Source: a virus | Lineage: Duplodnaviria > Caudoviricetes | IMG/VR virus record: IMGVR_UViG_3300027973_000031 | Span: 47,589 to 111,588 of that record | Direction: 5' to 3' (one strand) | DNA: 64,000 bases | Part shown: positions 48,571 to 56,135 of the stretch, one piece after another | How positions within the stretch are numbered: the first letter of the stretch is position 1 | Layout: each line of letters starts with the position of its first letter | Program-made: the position numbers and the translations under genes | The notes under the pieces: generated by a model | Databases searched by the model: none | What the model was told of the DNA's origin: nothing | What the model saw: only the letters and a program-made list of their open reading frames with translations

Positions 48571-49182
48571 ATGAATACGATTGATAAGCTTGAGAAAATT
48601 TTGGTTTCCCCTCGTCTGCGTGCTGCCAGCAAGTCCTTTGTGGAATCTATGTTGGAGCAGGCGAAGAAGCGTGATCTGTCTGAAAAGCAGGTTTCGTATG
48701 TTGAGAAATTCTGGGACGAATGTTTCCCTCCGATTGAAATCGTTAAGGCAGAAGAGGATTGGAGAGATTCCTTCACGCCCGAGATGCGGAAGAATGTTCA
48801 GATTATGGGTGAGTATTACGAGTATCACTACCCGAATTCTCGTTTGGCGAAGAATTACAAGGATGAAAATTGGCTTCCTGATAAGACTTCCTATGAGAAG
48901 TCCTGTGAATCTCAATGGGCAAAAACTACTATCAAGAACTATCAATCAGTATGTCGTTTCGCTGTTGGTGATACGATCGCGTTCCGTGATACTCAGCGGA
49001 ACCGATCGCAGTATCCCAAAGATATGATTGATTCTCCACTGCTTGTCCTTGAACAGCTCAAGGAAGTCAAGAATAGCTTTGTTAATTTCTACAAGGTTAT
49101 TCCACTGACTCACATGGATGAGCAGAGAACGTATGAAGTCAAGGAAGATTGCCTGAACGTCATCAAGAACAAGAAGGGTTAA
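48571..49182 (+). CDS. Hypothetical protein
   Basis: FVESMLEQ...LSEKQ motif; C-terminal SH3-like FAVGD. Confidence 0.6.
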   Translation: MNTIDKLEKILVSPRLRAASKSFVESMLEQAKKRDLSEKQVSYVEKFWDECFPPIEIVKAEEDWRDSFTPEMRKNVQIMGEYYEYHYPNSRLAKNYKDENWLPDKTSYEKSCESQWAKTTIKNYQSVCRFAVGDTIAFRDTQRNRSQYPKDMIDSPLLVLEQLKEVKNSFVNFYKVIPLTHMDEQRTYEVKEDCLNVIKNKKG

Positions 49183-49184
49183 AA

Positions 49185-49382
49185 ATGGCTAAGAAGCGTT
49201 ATGTAAAACTCGAACAGGGCAGATACAATGTTTCTCTTTCAAGAGCGGAAGCGAGTTATGAAGCAAGCAAAACTGGAGAATCCTGTATCTATTGCGGAGA
49301 CTATTACCCTAATGCAAGAAAGTCTGTTGTCGGAAGATCTTTCGCTTGCGACCCTTGCCTCACACGCTCATTCTGTCGTTAA
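49185..49382 (+). CDS. DksA/TraR-like C4 zinc-finger protein
   Basis: CIYCGDYYPNAR........ACDPC. Confidence 0.5.
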   Translation: MAKKRYVKLEQGRYNVSLSRAEASYEASKTGESCIYCGDYYPNARKSVVGRSFACDPCLTRSFCR

Positions 49383-49600
49383 TAAAGTCAAGGTGAAACT
49401 TATCAAACCTAAGTATCAAATTGGCGACGTTGTGTATCTTTCTTCTTTTGTTGAGGATTTCAACTGGAAGCTGGCAAGTTATGTGGGTAGACCATTTATT
49501 ATTGTTCAGCTTCCAGTTGACACACAAAAGTTCAAGACCTATACTCTACGTCTACTGGATGACCCCAACAATCAGGAATGCTGGGAGGATTTAGCTTTCC

Positions 49601-49804
49601 ATGAGTCTTTCTTACAAAAACGAATACAACTTTAAGATTGGCGACATAGTTCGCTACAAATATACAGAAAATAGTGATTGGTGGGTTATTGTTGATATTA
49701 AAAACAATTATTTGATTTGTAAATATTTAAACTCACAAGAATATTTTACACAATCTACATTCCATCCAAACAACGTTTTACTATTTGAGGATTCCAATGC
49801 CTAA
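49601..49804 (+). CDS. Small SH3-like hypothetical protein
   Basis: FKIGDIVRY pattern. Confidence 0.45.
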   Translation: MSLSYKNEYNFKIGDIVRYKYTENSDWWVIVDIKNNYLICKYLNSQEYFTQSTFHPNNVLLFEDSNA

Positions 49805-50555
49805 TTGGTGTAATAACAAAGCAACTCTTATTCCCGTGACCGATGAAGCAAAACAGCTTCTTAAAGACTTTACCGAGTATTTGCAGGATCTTAAAAATCC
49901 AAATGACGCTAGACTCTTTGGCTGGTTCTGTCCTATACCAGAATCAGAGAAAGATAATTGGTATGATTGGAATATTGCAAACTGGGGAACTAAGTGGGAT
50001 GTCTCCGTCAGCATTGATAATATTTATCCGCAAGAAGGTGTTATGGACTTCTATGAGGATACTGCTTGGGGTCCGCCTATAAAGTTCTATGACTTTATGA
50101 CTGAGAAAGGTTTTAAAGTAGAAGCTTCTTATTACGAACCAGGAGCAGGTTTTGTTGGAACTTACTCCGATGGAGTTGATGATTCAGAAAACATTCCATC
50201 TGGCGATGAAGCTTTTGGATTTGTCAGAGATGTCTTTTATAATAACAAAGATATTACTCTCGAAAAAGTTATTGACTTTGACAACCTAAAAAGCGGTGAT
50301 GTGTTGGGCACGAACGAAGATGGGAATAGTGTTATTTATCTCAGCTATAAGTTTTATACTTGGGAAGAGTTCGCAAATAATAACGCCGACATTTTTGATT
50401 CAGATGCTTTGCTATGGGAAAGTGATCTTGAACAGATCTGTGATTTAAATACTGATTTCTACCTCATCGAATTCATTGAGGACAATAGCAAGTGTGGATC
50501 AACGAAAGGTATTGTTTATCCAGACAATATGAACGTGATCAGTTATCCAAATTAA
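49797..50555 (+). CDS. DUF1281/YubB-like ferredoxin-fold protein
   Basis: MPNWCNN, WYDWNIANWGTKWD, TAWGPP and YYEPG.GF.G. Confidence 0.8.
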   Translation: MPNWCNNKATLIPVTDEAKQLLKDFTEYLQDLKNPNDARLFGWFCPIPESEKDNWYDWNIANWGTKWDVSVSIDNIYPQEGVMDFYEDTAWGPPIKFYDFMTEKGFKVEASYYEPGAGFVGTYSDGVDDSENIPSGDEAFGFVRDVFYNNKDITLEKVIDFDNLKSGDVLGTNEDGNSVIYLSYKFYTWEEFANNNADIFDSDALLWESDLEQICDLNTDFYLIEFIEDNSKCGSTKGIVYPDNMNVISYPN

Positions 50556-50563
50556 AGCCTCAG

Positions 50564-50592
50564 TTGACACAGATTGTCAGGTGTCGTATGAT
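50564..50592 (+). promoter_or_regulatory. Sigma70-type promoter
   Basis: TTGACA-N17-TATGAT. Confidence 0.75.
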
Positions 50593-50615
50593 GTGTGAAG
50601 TCAAGGAGGCAGACG

Positions 50616-50876
50616 ATGAAGCAGAAAGAACCAGTTTTTAACGTTGGAGATATTGTTTGTGTTGTTTCGCCAACGATGGCAATCAACAGCAAACCCAACG
50701 ATGAAACCAAGAAGCTGGACTTGGAAGAAGTTTATCTGGTTGGAGACGAAGGTCTTATTGTTCTAAATGTCGAGTATGTCAAGAAGACAAATGAGTATTT
50801 GTATCAGGTCTTGACAGAGAACGGCGAAGATGCGAAGATGTTCTCACTGAGCGAGGAACAGCTCACTTTGTTCTAG
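50616..50876 (+). CDS. Hypothetical protein
   Basis: AAGGAGG RBS. Confidence 0.6.
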   Translation: MKQKEPVFNVGDIVCVVSPTMAINSKPNDETKKLDLEEVYLVGDEGLIVLNVEYVKKTNEYLYQVLTENGEDAKMFSLSEEQLTLF

Positions 50877-50885
50877 GAGTTTACA

Positions 50886-51089
50886 ATGAAGCAGTTTATC
50901 GTTAATGTTGTCGAGCAGAAGATTACACCCTTTGTTGTTGAAGCCAATGACGAATGGGAAGCGATGGTCAAAGCTAAAGATGGTCATGGTTATATTCATG
51001 AGTCTGGTTCGATCGATATCAAGGTCGAGCCGACCAGTTGGGAAGTCAGTGATTTTGAACCCTATCACCTTTGGGAACAGTGGATCTAA
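50886..51089 (+). CDS. Hypothetical protein
   Basis: AGGAG RBS; VEA..E.EA motif. Confidence 0.6.
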   Translation: MKQFIVNVVEQKITPFVVEANDEWEAMVKAKDGHGYIHESGSIDIKVEPTSWEVSDFEPYHLWEQWI

Positions 51090-51307
51090 TGTCTGATGCT
51101 ATTTGTCGTTTCTGTGGAGAAGATTACCCTAAGCGTCGAATGGAGCTTGGTTATCTAAGTTGCCTTGATTGCGGAGAGAAATCCGCTGAGAAGGAGAAAG
51201 CCTTTAAGGCTAAATGCACGGCACCAGCATTTAATAAAGGTGCTTACACTTACATTTCAAGTACCGAACAAGTAAAAGGTATTTTCAAGTGTGGTGATTA
51301 TAAATAG
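51089..51307 (+). CDS. DksA/TraR-like C4 zinc-finger protein
   Basis: CRFCGEDYPKRRMELGYLSCLDC. Confidence 0.55.
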   Translation: MSDAICRFCGEDYPKRRMELGYLSCLDCGEKSAEKEKAFKAKCTAPAFNKGAYTYISSTEQVKGIFKCGDYK

Positions 51308-51309
51308 GC

Positions 51310-51347
51310 TTGACACGCAAGCTCACTTCGCCTACAATGGTGAAGTG
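51310..51347 (+). promoter_or_regulatory. Sigma70 promoter with -10 as hairpin loop
   Basis: TTGACA-N17-TACAAT; CACTTCGCC-TACAAT-GGTGAAGTG. Confidence 0.75.
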
Positions 51348-51351
51348 CCGA

Positions 51352-51442
51352 GGGGAGATGGTCGAGTGGTTTAAGGCAGCAGCTTGGAAAGCTGTCGTAG
51401 GTGAATAATCTACCGGGGGTTCGAATCCCCCTCTTCCCGCCA
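51352..51442 (+). tRNA. tRNA-Ser(GGA)
   Basis: Cloverleaf with long variable arm, anticodon loop TT-GGA-AA, GGTTCGAATCC and encoded CCA. Confidence 0.92.
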
Positions 51443-51467
51443 ATTACTTTTGTTTACTGAGGACAAT

Positions 51468-51746
51468 ATGGAACCGAAGGATATTGCTTACAAAATTCTT
51501 GTCAACGAGGAAACTGGAGAGCGAACCTATTTGCTTGACGAAGAGCCTTGGACATTTGTTGATCCTGCCAATGTTAAGATCGGAGACATCGTTTACTTTG
51601 ACCCAAATGGTTTGGGCAGAAACGGTATCGTTGCAAACATTCGTGAAGAAGATTTCATCTATTATGATGTTTACTTTGGATCGAATATGGAGTCGGAAGA
51701 GGTTGCAATGTTTCAGGTTTACAAAGTGGAGGAACGAAATGGTTGA
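51468..51746 (+). CDS. Hypothetical protein
   Basis: GAGGA RBS. Confidence 0.55.
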   Translation: MEPKDIAYKILVNEETGERTYLLDEEPWTFVDPANVKIGDIVYFDPNGLGRNGIVANIREEDFIYYDVYFGSNMESEEVAMFQVYKVEERNG

Positions 51747-51990
51747 GATTCTTAAACGTCTTAGTTCGAGACAGATTGTTGTGAGACAAAATAATAAGTT
51801 CTATCTTGTTTCGCAGTCAAGCGAAGCCATTGAGCCACTCGAAACACTTATCTTTGAGTGTGATGAATCTGGCAAAGTGGAAACGTGGAACGAGATTGGT
51901 GGAGCAGTTGGTTATTCTCTGGAATCATTTATGCCAATGCTGCTAGAGCACGGTGTGCATTACAAAGATTGGGATGATTTTCCTTGGTAA
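51739..51990 (+). CDS. Hypothetical protein
   Basis: GGAGGA RBS. Confidence 0.55.
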   Translation: MVEILKRLSSRQIVVRQNNKFYLVSQSSEAIEPLETLIFECDESGKVETWNEIGGAVGYSLESFMPMLLEHGVHYKDWDDFPW

Positions 51991-52006
51991 TAAACCTTTG
52001 GAGGGA

Positions 52007-52480
52007 ATGATGATTGTTTACAGCAGAAAGATTAAAAAGCTTAAATTAATGACCAGCTTTGCCAGAAAGATCCGAAAGATTAGACAATGGCTGTTTGTTA
52101 ATTCTCCAGTTATGTTCATCAAGAATTGTTGGAGATTCCGTAAGCAACTTGCACGATTTCGTTCCTTCGATTATAAGTTCAATCTTGACCTGTTCTGTGC
52201 GTCTTTGGAAATTACCAGAGACTTTATGTTGAGTGATCAAACCGTTACATTAGGAACGGATCAAACGGCAGAAGAGATTCAGCATTTCCTCGATCTGGTA
52301 AAACGATACAACAACGCAATTCAGGTTGCAGAACAGGAACTTGGTTATGAGCTTTCCCCCATCGGGGAAAACAGAGAGGGAGACAAAGCTCTTATGACCA
52401 GAATCGAAAGCATCGAAGAAACTTCTTGGCACGATGCTTTCAGATTTCTTTCCCAAAAATTGAGAAACTGGTGGGATTAA
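52007..52480 (+). CDS. Hypothetical protein
   Basis: GGAGG RBS; ends in WWD. Confidence 0.6.
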   Translation: MMIVYSRKIKKLKLMTSFARKIRKIRQWLFVNSPVMFIKNCWRFRKQLARFRSFDYKFNLDLFCASLEITRDFMLSDQTVTLGTDQTAEEIQHFLDLVKRYNNAIQVAEQELGYELSPIGENREGDKALMTRIESIEETSWHDAFRFLSQKLRNWWD

Positions 52481-52494
52481 TTTTTTTTATGGAC

Positions 52495-52533
52495 TTGACT
52501 TAAAACCTGACACTAGTTATGCTACTGTCAGGT
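52495..52533 (+). promoter_or_regulatory. Sigma70 promoter of the tRNA cluster, -10 in hairpin loop
   Basis: TTGACT-N17-TATGCT; stem ACCTGACA/TGTCAGGT. Confidence 0.7.
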
Positions 52534-52537
52534 CAAC

Positions 52538-52609
52538 GCGGAATTGGCATATAGGTTTGTGCTCCAGCCTTCCAAGCTGGCTAAATGGGTTCGAGTCCCA
52601 TATTCCGCT
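52538..52609 (+). tRNA. tRNA-Gly(TCC)
   Basis: GCGGAAT/ATTCCGC acceptor stem and CCAGC-CT-TCC-AA-GCTGG anticodon arm. Confidence 0.9.
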
Positions 52610-52620
52610 CTAAAATTAAC

Positions 52621-52647
52621 CGGGGTGTAGCGCAGTCTGGTTAAGCG
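52621..52647 (+). pseudogene. 5' fragment of a tRNA-Pro-like gene
   Basis: CGGGGTGTAGCGCAGTCTGGTTAAGCG, with no anticodon or T arm after it. Confidence 0.55.
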
Positions 52648-52688
52648 TTTCCAGAGCGCAAATGTATTGAAGTTGTCCAGCACAATTC

Positions 52689-52774
52689 GGAAGGGTGGCA
52701 GAGTGGTTTAATGCAGCGGTCTTGAAAACCGCCGATGTTAATAGCATCCAAGGGTTCAAATCCCTTCCCTTCCG
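52689..52774 (+). tRNA. tRNA-Ser(TGA)
   Basis: GCGGT-CT-TGA-AA-ACCGC, long variable arm and T arm. Confidence 0.92.
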
Positions 52775-52776
52775 CC

Positions 52777-52876
52777 TATGCGCGTTAATCTAGTCAGATA
52801 AAGACCACTAGAATTGAGCTTTAAGGTATAGACGGATGGTTTATACCCAGCGGAGGACAATACACCGCCGCGCATA
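52777..52876 (+). ncRNA. Unclassified tRNA-like structured RNA
   Basis: 8-bp closing stem TATGCGCG/CGCGCATA enclosing three hairpins. Confidence 0.45.
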
Positions 52877-52943
52877 CTACAATTTCCGCATCGGATAAAG
52901 CTAATTCGGAAATGATCACAGGATAACGTGTCTGCGGAATAAT

Positions 52944-52968
52944 CGGGGTGTAGCGCAGAGGAAGCGCA
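52944..52968 (+). pseudogene. Second 5' fragment of a tRNA-Pro-like gene
   Basis: CGGGGTGTAGCGCAGAGGAAGCGCA (acceptor 5' strand plus D arm only). Confidence 0.55.
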
Positions 52969-52987
52969 TTTGAAAATTTATTTGTAT

Positions 52988-53067
52988 CTAGGTGTAGCTC
53001 AGCTTGGTTAGAGCGCCTGCCTTGGGCGCAGGAGGTTTCGGAGGTTCAAATCCTTTCACCTAGACCA
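52988..53067 (+). tRNA. tRNA-Pro(TGG)
   Basis: CCTGC-CT-TGG-GC-GCAGG and encoded CCA. Confidence 0.92.
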
Positions 53068-53106
53068 AAACGTTTTACTCTGACTATTTATAATAGAGGT
53101 GGTAAA

Positions 53107-53658
53107 ATGATAAACGTAACAAAACAAGAATTAGAGGAAATTGTAAAAGATTCCGTTTCATACTATGAAGTTCTTAGAAAAATTAAACTCCCCAACAATG
53201 GAACAGGTCAGAGAAAAACAAAGAAATTAATCCAAGATTTTGGAATTGATACATCTCACTTTTCTTTTAAAGCTTCTGTAGAAAAGTTTCATAGAAAGTA
53301 TAAATTAATTACCAAACTTTGTCCTGCGTGTGGGAAAGAATTTCAAGCAAGCGAAGGTTCTCCAGATGAAAAACAAACCTGTTCATATGGATGCTCTAAT
53401 ACTTATTTTGCACATTTGAGAAATAAGCCAGAACGACACACCAATTACAGAACAATCTGTTTTAAATCTTGGAAAAAAGAATGTGTTGTTTGCGGCTTTG
53501 ATAAGGTTGTGGAGGTTCACCACCTTGACCACAATCATTCTAATAATGACAAACATAATTTGGTTCCAGTTTGTCCAAATCATCACCAGATGCTTCACAC
53601 AAGTAAATGGGCAGAAGAGACTAGACAAGAAATCTTAAAGGTGGTAGAGTCTAGGTAA
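53107..53658 (+). CDS. Free-standing HNH homing endonuclease
   Basis: CVVCG...VEVHHLDHNHSNN...NL.PVCPNHH; N-terminal DNA-binding and zinc modules; located in the tRNA cluster. Confidence 0.85.
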   Translation: MINVTKQELEEIVKDSVSYYEVLRKIKLPNNGTGQRKTKKLIQDFGIDTSHFSFKASVEKFHRKYKLITKLCPACGKEFQASEGSPDEKQTCSYGCSNTYFAHLRNKPERHTNYRTICFKSWKKECVVCGFDKVVEVHHLDHNHSNNDKHNLVPVCPNHHQMLHTSKWAEETRQEILKVVESR

Positions 53659-53690
53659 GTCGTGGGTTCGAATCCCCTCCTGATCCACCA
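53659..53690 (+). pseudogene. 3' fragment of a tRNA gene
   Basis: GTCGTGGGTTCGAATCCC...TGATCCACCA immediately after the HNH stop. Confidence 0.55.
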
Positions 53691-53706
53691 ACATTAGAGA
53701 AACAAA

Positions 53707-54237
53707 ATGAAGCAAGAGTTTGTAATTTTCACTGGACCAATGTTCGGTGGCAAAACATCAAGGATGCTTTCACAGTTAGAAAGAGCGAAGTATCAAAAGA
53801 AAGTAATCAAATTATTCAAACCAAGTATTGATATAAGGTATTCAAACAAATCCGTTGTTTCGCACAATGGAAACCGTTGGGAATCTATTCCAATTAGCGA
53901 CGGCAAAGAGATCTATGATAATTTAGGTAAAGCAGATGTTATTGCAGTTGACGAAGCATTTATGATTCCAGGTGTTTCAGATGTTTTGGTTGAACTGTAC
54001 AAACAAGGGAAACAGATTTATGTTTCCTCTCTCCAACTTTCATCCGAAGGAACAACATTTCCAGAGATGACAAAGATGTTTTCTTGGGCAACAAAGATTG
54101 AGATTTGCCCTGCCGTTTGTTTCTGTGGAAATGATGCTTACTATACAATCACCTTGACAGAGAAACAGGAAGAGGTTAGAGTAGGTGGTAAGGAAGGATA
54201 CGAACCGAGATGCAAAGAGCATACGGATTTTATGTAA
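53707..54237 (+). CDS. tdk: Thymidine kinase
   Basis: TGPMFGGKTS, FKPSIDIRY, AVDEA and VGG.EGYEPRC. Confidence 0.93.
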   Translation: MKQEFVIFTGPMFGGKTSRMLSQLERAKYQKKVIKLFKPSIDIRYSNKSVVSHNGNRWESIPISDGKEIYDNLGKADVIAVDEAFMIPGVSDVLVELYKQGKQIYVSSLQLSSEGTTFPEMTKMFSWATKIEICPAVCFCGNDAYYTITLTEKQEEVRVGGKEGYEPRCKEHTDFM

Positions 54238-54245
54238 TAGCCGAC

Positions 54246-54322
54246 AGGATTGTAGCTCAGGTGGTTAGAGCATTGTGCTGATAACGCAAGGGTCGGTGGT
54301 TCAACTCCACCCAGTCCTACCA
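54246..54322 (+). tRNA. tRNA-Ile(GAT)
   Basis: TTGTG-CT-GAT-AA-CGCAA and encoded CCA. Confidence 0.93.
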
Positions 54323-54339
54323 ATAATAAGAGTATTAAA

Positions 54340-54432
54340 ATGATTGAAATTATCAACATTGTAAAAGAAAACCCAGAAGGTATTTACATTGCATTAGGCT
54401 TTGCAGTTCTATACTTAATCTTAAAATCTTAA
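54340..54432 (+). CDS. 30-aa single-TM peptide
   Basis: MIEIINIVKENPEGIYIALGFAVLYLILKS; below the ORF track cutoff. Confidence 0.4.
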   Translation: MIEIINIVKENPEGIYIALGFAVLYLILKS

Positions 54433-54444
54433 TGCAGGTTTGTT

Positions 54445-54768
54445 ATGAGAACAGATTTTAATTCAGTTTGGGTTCTTGTAAAGAAATGGAATGAAGAAGT
54501 TAGAGAAGACGATGTAATCTTCTTTGATTATGATGATGCAGTGTTTTACTGTGAACAAAAGAATCAAGAAGAGTATAATAAATCAAACTCTAAAGATCAT
54601 TATGTTCGTTTGTTTTCTGTTCAAACTCTTTACGAATCAATGAGATATATTATCAGAGAAGCCGAAAAGTGTAGTTATGATGAAGGATATGAAAGCGGAT
54701 ACGAATCTGGAAGGGATGATGGATATGATGAGGGATACGATAGTGGACGCGGAGAAGCTAATTCATAA
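54445..54768 (+). CDS. Hypothetical protein with GYxx (FliH/Yae1-like) repeats
   Basis: YDEGYESGYESGRDDGYDEGYDSG. Confidence 0.6.
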   Translation: MRTDFNSVWVLVKKWNEEVREDDVIFFDYDDAVFYCEQKNQEEYNKSNSKDHYVRLFSVQTLYESMRYIIREAEKCSYDEGYESGYESGRDDGYDEGYDSGRGEANS

Positions 54769-55135
54769 TTTTATGTTTGTCTCTCCTTTGGCTCGTGATC
54801 TATTGAAGCTTCATTATTCTCAGATTGCAAATCAAGAACTATTTGATGAACTCGAAAAGATGTGCAAAGAACACGTCTTGACAAAGATCCAAGAGAACGA
54901 TAGACTAATGAAGGAAGCGAGAGAGAAGGCAGCAACAGCCGATAATGTGGTGCAAAGAATCCTGCATTATCATTCTTATGCTCAACATAAGAACACTCCA
55001 AAGATGAGACTTACCACCAAGGAATACGATCAGTCTATGTCTCTTCTAAATGACGAAGAGAAAGCAAAAGTAGAAAACTGGTTGGAGTTAAATGGTGGAC
55101 TTGACAAGTATGTAGTGGCAGGGCATAATGGCTGA
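54677..55135 (+). CDS. Hypothetical protein (start probably downstream)
   Basis: Coupled ORF. Confidence 0.5.
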   Translation: MMKDMKADTNLEGMMDMMRDTIVDAEKLIHNFMFVSPLARDLLKLHYSQIANQELFDELEKMCKEHVLTKIQENDRLMKEAREKAATADNVVQRILHYHSYAQHKNTPKMRLTTKEYDQSMSLLNDEEKAKVENWLELNGGLDKYVVAGHNG

Positions 55136-55439
55136 CAAGTTGAACACAGAAGAGTGGGAGAATATGAGGAAGGCATTCAAGGAAGCCCGCGAAGCCTATG
55201 AAAAGGACGCAGAAAGCTTCTGGGATTCCTTACCCTACGACGACAAGCTGAAAGTGTTTCACGCGGTTGTAAAGCGAATTTACAAGGCTGAAATCGAAGA
55301 GCAAGGATCGTATCGTCACTCTCTATACAATGTGTTTGAGTTTGATGCTGATGCTTATGTAATCGGAATGGATTGCGGATACTTTGATCTTCACAACGTT
55401 CTTTGTGAAGTTAAATTAAAAAAGGATGAAGATGCTTAA
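55128..55439 (+). CDS. Hypothetical protein
   Basis: GSYR..LY.VF.F....Y..GMDCGY..LHN motif. Confidence 0.6.
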   Translation: MADKLNTEEWENMRKAFKEAREAYEKDAESFWDSLPYDDKLKVFHAVVKRIYKAEIEEQGSYRHSLYNVFEFDADAYVIGMDCGYFDLHNVLCEVKLKKDEDA

Positions 55440-55719
55440 TTTTAAAGAAAGAAAGGTCGTTGTCTCGTTAGAAGCGGCTGATGAAGACATTGAGGTTTTA
55501 ATTCACGAAGAAAGAGATTGGGATAGAAAGCAGAAACGTCTATTGAATGACAAAACCAGCTTCCGAATCTCGGTTTCATTTACAAATGATCTATCTTATA
55601 GTGCTGTTGACCTTGTTGCAGAAACAGAAGAAGAAGCAAAAGCAGTCGCACAAGATGCTGTAAACTTCCTGAGAAAAATTCGACCAGCTCTGAAAATTGT
55701 TAAAGAAGATAAAGAATAG
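55426..55719 (+). CDS. Hypothetical protein
   Basis: Coupled ORF. Confidence 0.55.
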   Translation: MKMLNFKERKVVVSLEAADEDIEVLIHEERDWDRKQKRLLNDKTSFRISVSFTNDLSYSAVDLVAETEEEAKAVAQDAVNFLRKIRPALKIVKEDKE

Positions 55720-55722
55720 TGG

Positions 55723-55757
55723 TTGACAAGCGAACGGAGACACGCTATACTGTCTCC
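55723..55757 (+). promoter_or_regulatory. Sigma70 promoter with -10 in hairpin loop
   Basis: TTGACA-N17-TATACT; stem GGAGACA/TGTCTCC. Confidence 0.78.
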
Positions 55758-55763
55758 AACAAT

Positions 55764-55840
55764 CCGCCTCGATCTATCTGGTTGAAAGAAAACGTCTTAT
55801 AAGCGTTCATAGCTGGGTTCAATTCCCAGGGGGCGGACCA
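55764..55840 (+). tRNA. tRNA-Ile(TAT)
   Basis: CCGCCTC/GGGGCGG acceptor, AACGT-CT-TAT-AA-GCGTT, CTGGG-TTCAATT-CCCAG and ACCA. Confidence 0.85.
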
Positions 55841-56025
55841 GACCTATAATAAGTAATTCTCGTAGTGTAAAAATGGATAAGCTAATTAACCAGGTCGTGC
55901 AGCACTTAAATAACCCTGTCAAAGGGGAAAGATGCTGCAACCTTTAGGGGGAAGTGGTCCCGAAGCAAAAAGAACAGGCATATAGACAACAAGTGAGTTT
56001 ATATGCTGAACTCTTATTATAGGTC
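55841..56025 (+). ncRNA. Unknown ~185-nt structured RNA
   Basis: 13-bp perfect closing stem GACCTATAATAAG/CTTATTATAGGTC plus internal helices; lies between two tRNAs. Confidence 0.6.
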
Positions 56026-56031
56026 TATTTA

Positions 56032-56121
56032 GGAAACGTGGCAGAGAGGCCGATTGCAGCGGTTTGCTAAACCGTCGAACATTGTAAAGATGTTCCGTAG
56101 GTTCAAATCCTACCGTTTCCG
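56032..56121 (+). tRNA. tRNA-Ser(GCT)
   Basis: GCGGT-TT-GCT-AA-ACCGT and long variable arm. Confidence 0.92.
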
Positions 56122-56135
56122 CCGAGGAAGTGTGA

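Noticed and set aside
49228-49635. 135-aa ORF as given in the ORF track
   Set aside because: Its 5' half overlaps the zinc-finger ORF. Only the 3' part (from about 49393, KYQIGDVV) looks coding, and the start cannot be fixed.
52944-53690. Intron-split or trans-spliced tRNA spanning the HNH gene
   Set aside because: The 5' fragments (CGGGGTG) cannot pair with the 3' fragment acceptor strand, an intact tRNA-Pro lies between them, and no group I core surrounds the HNH.
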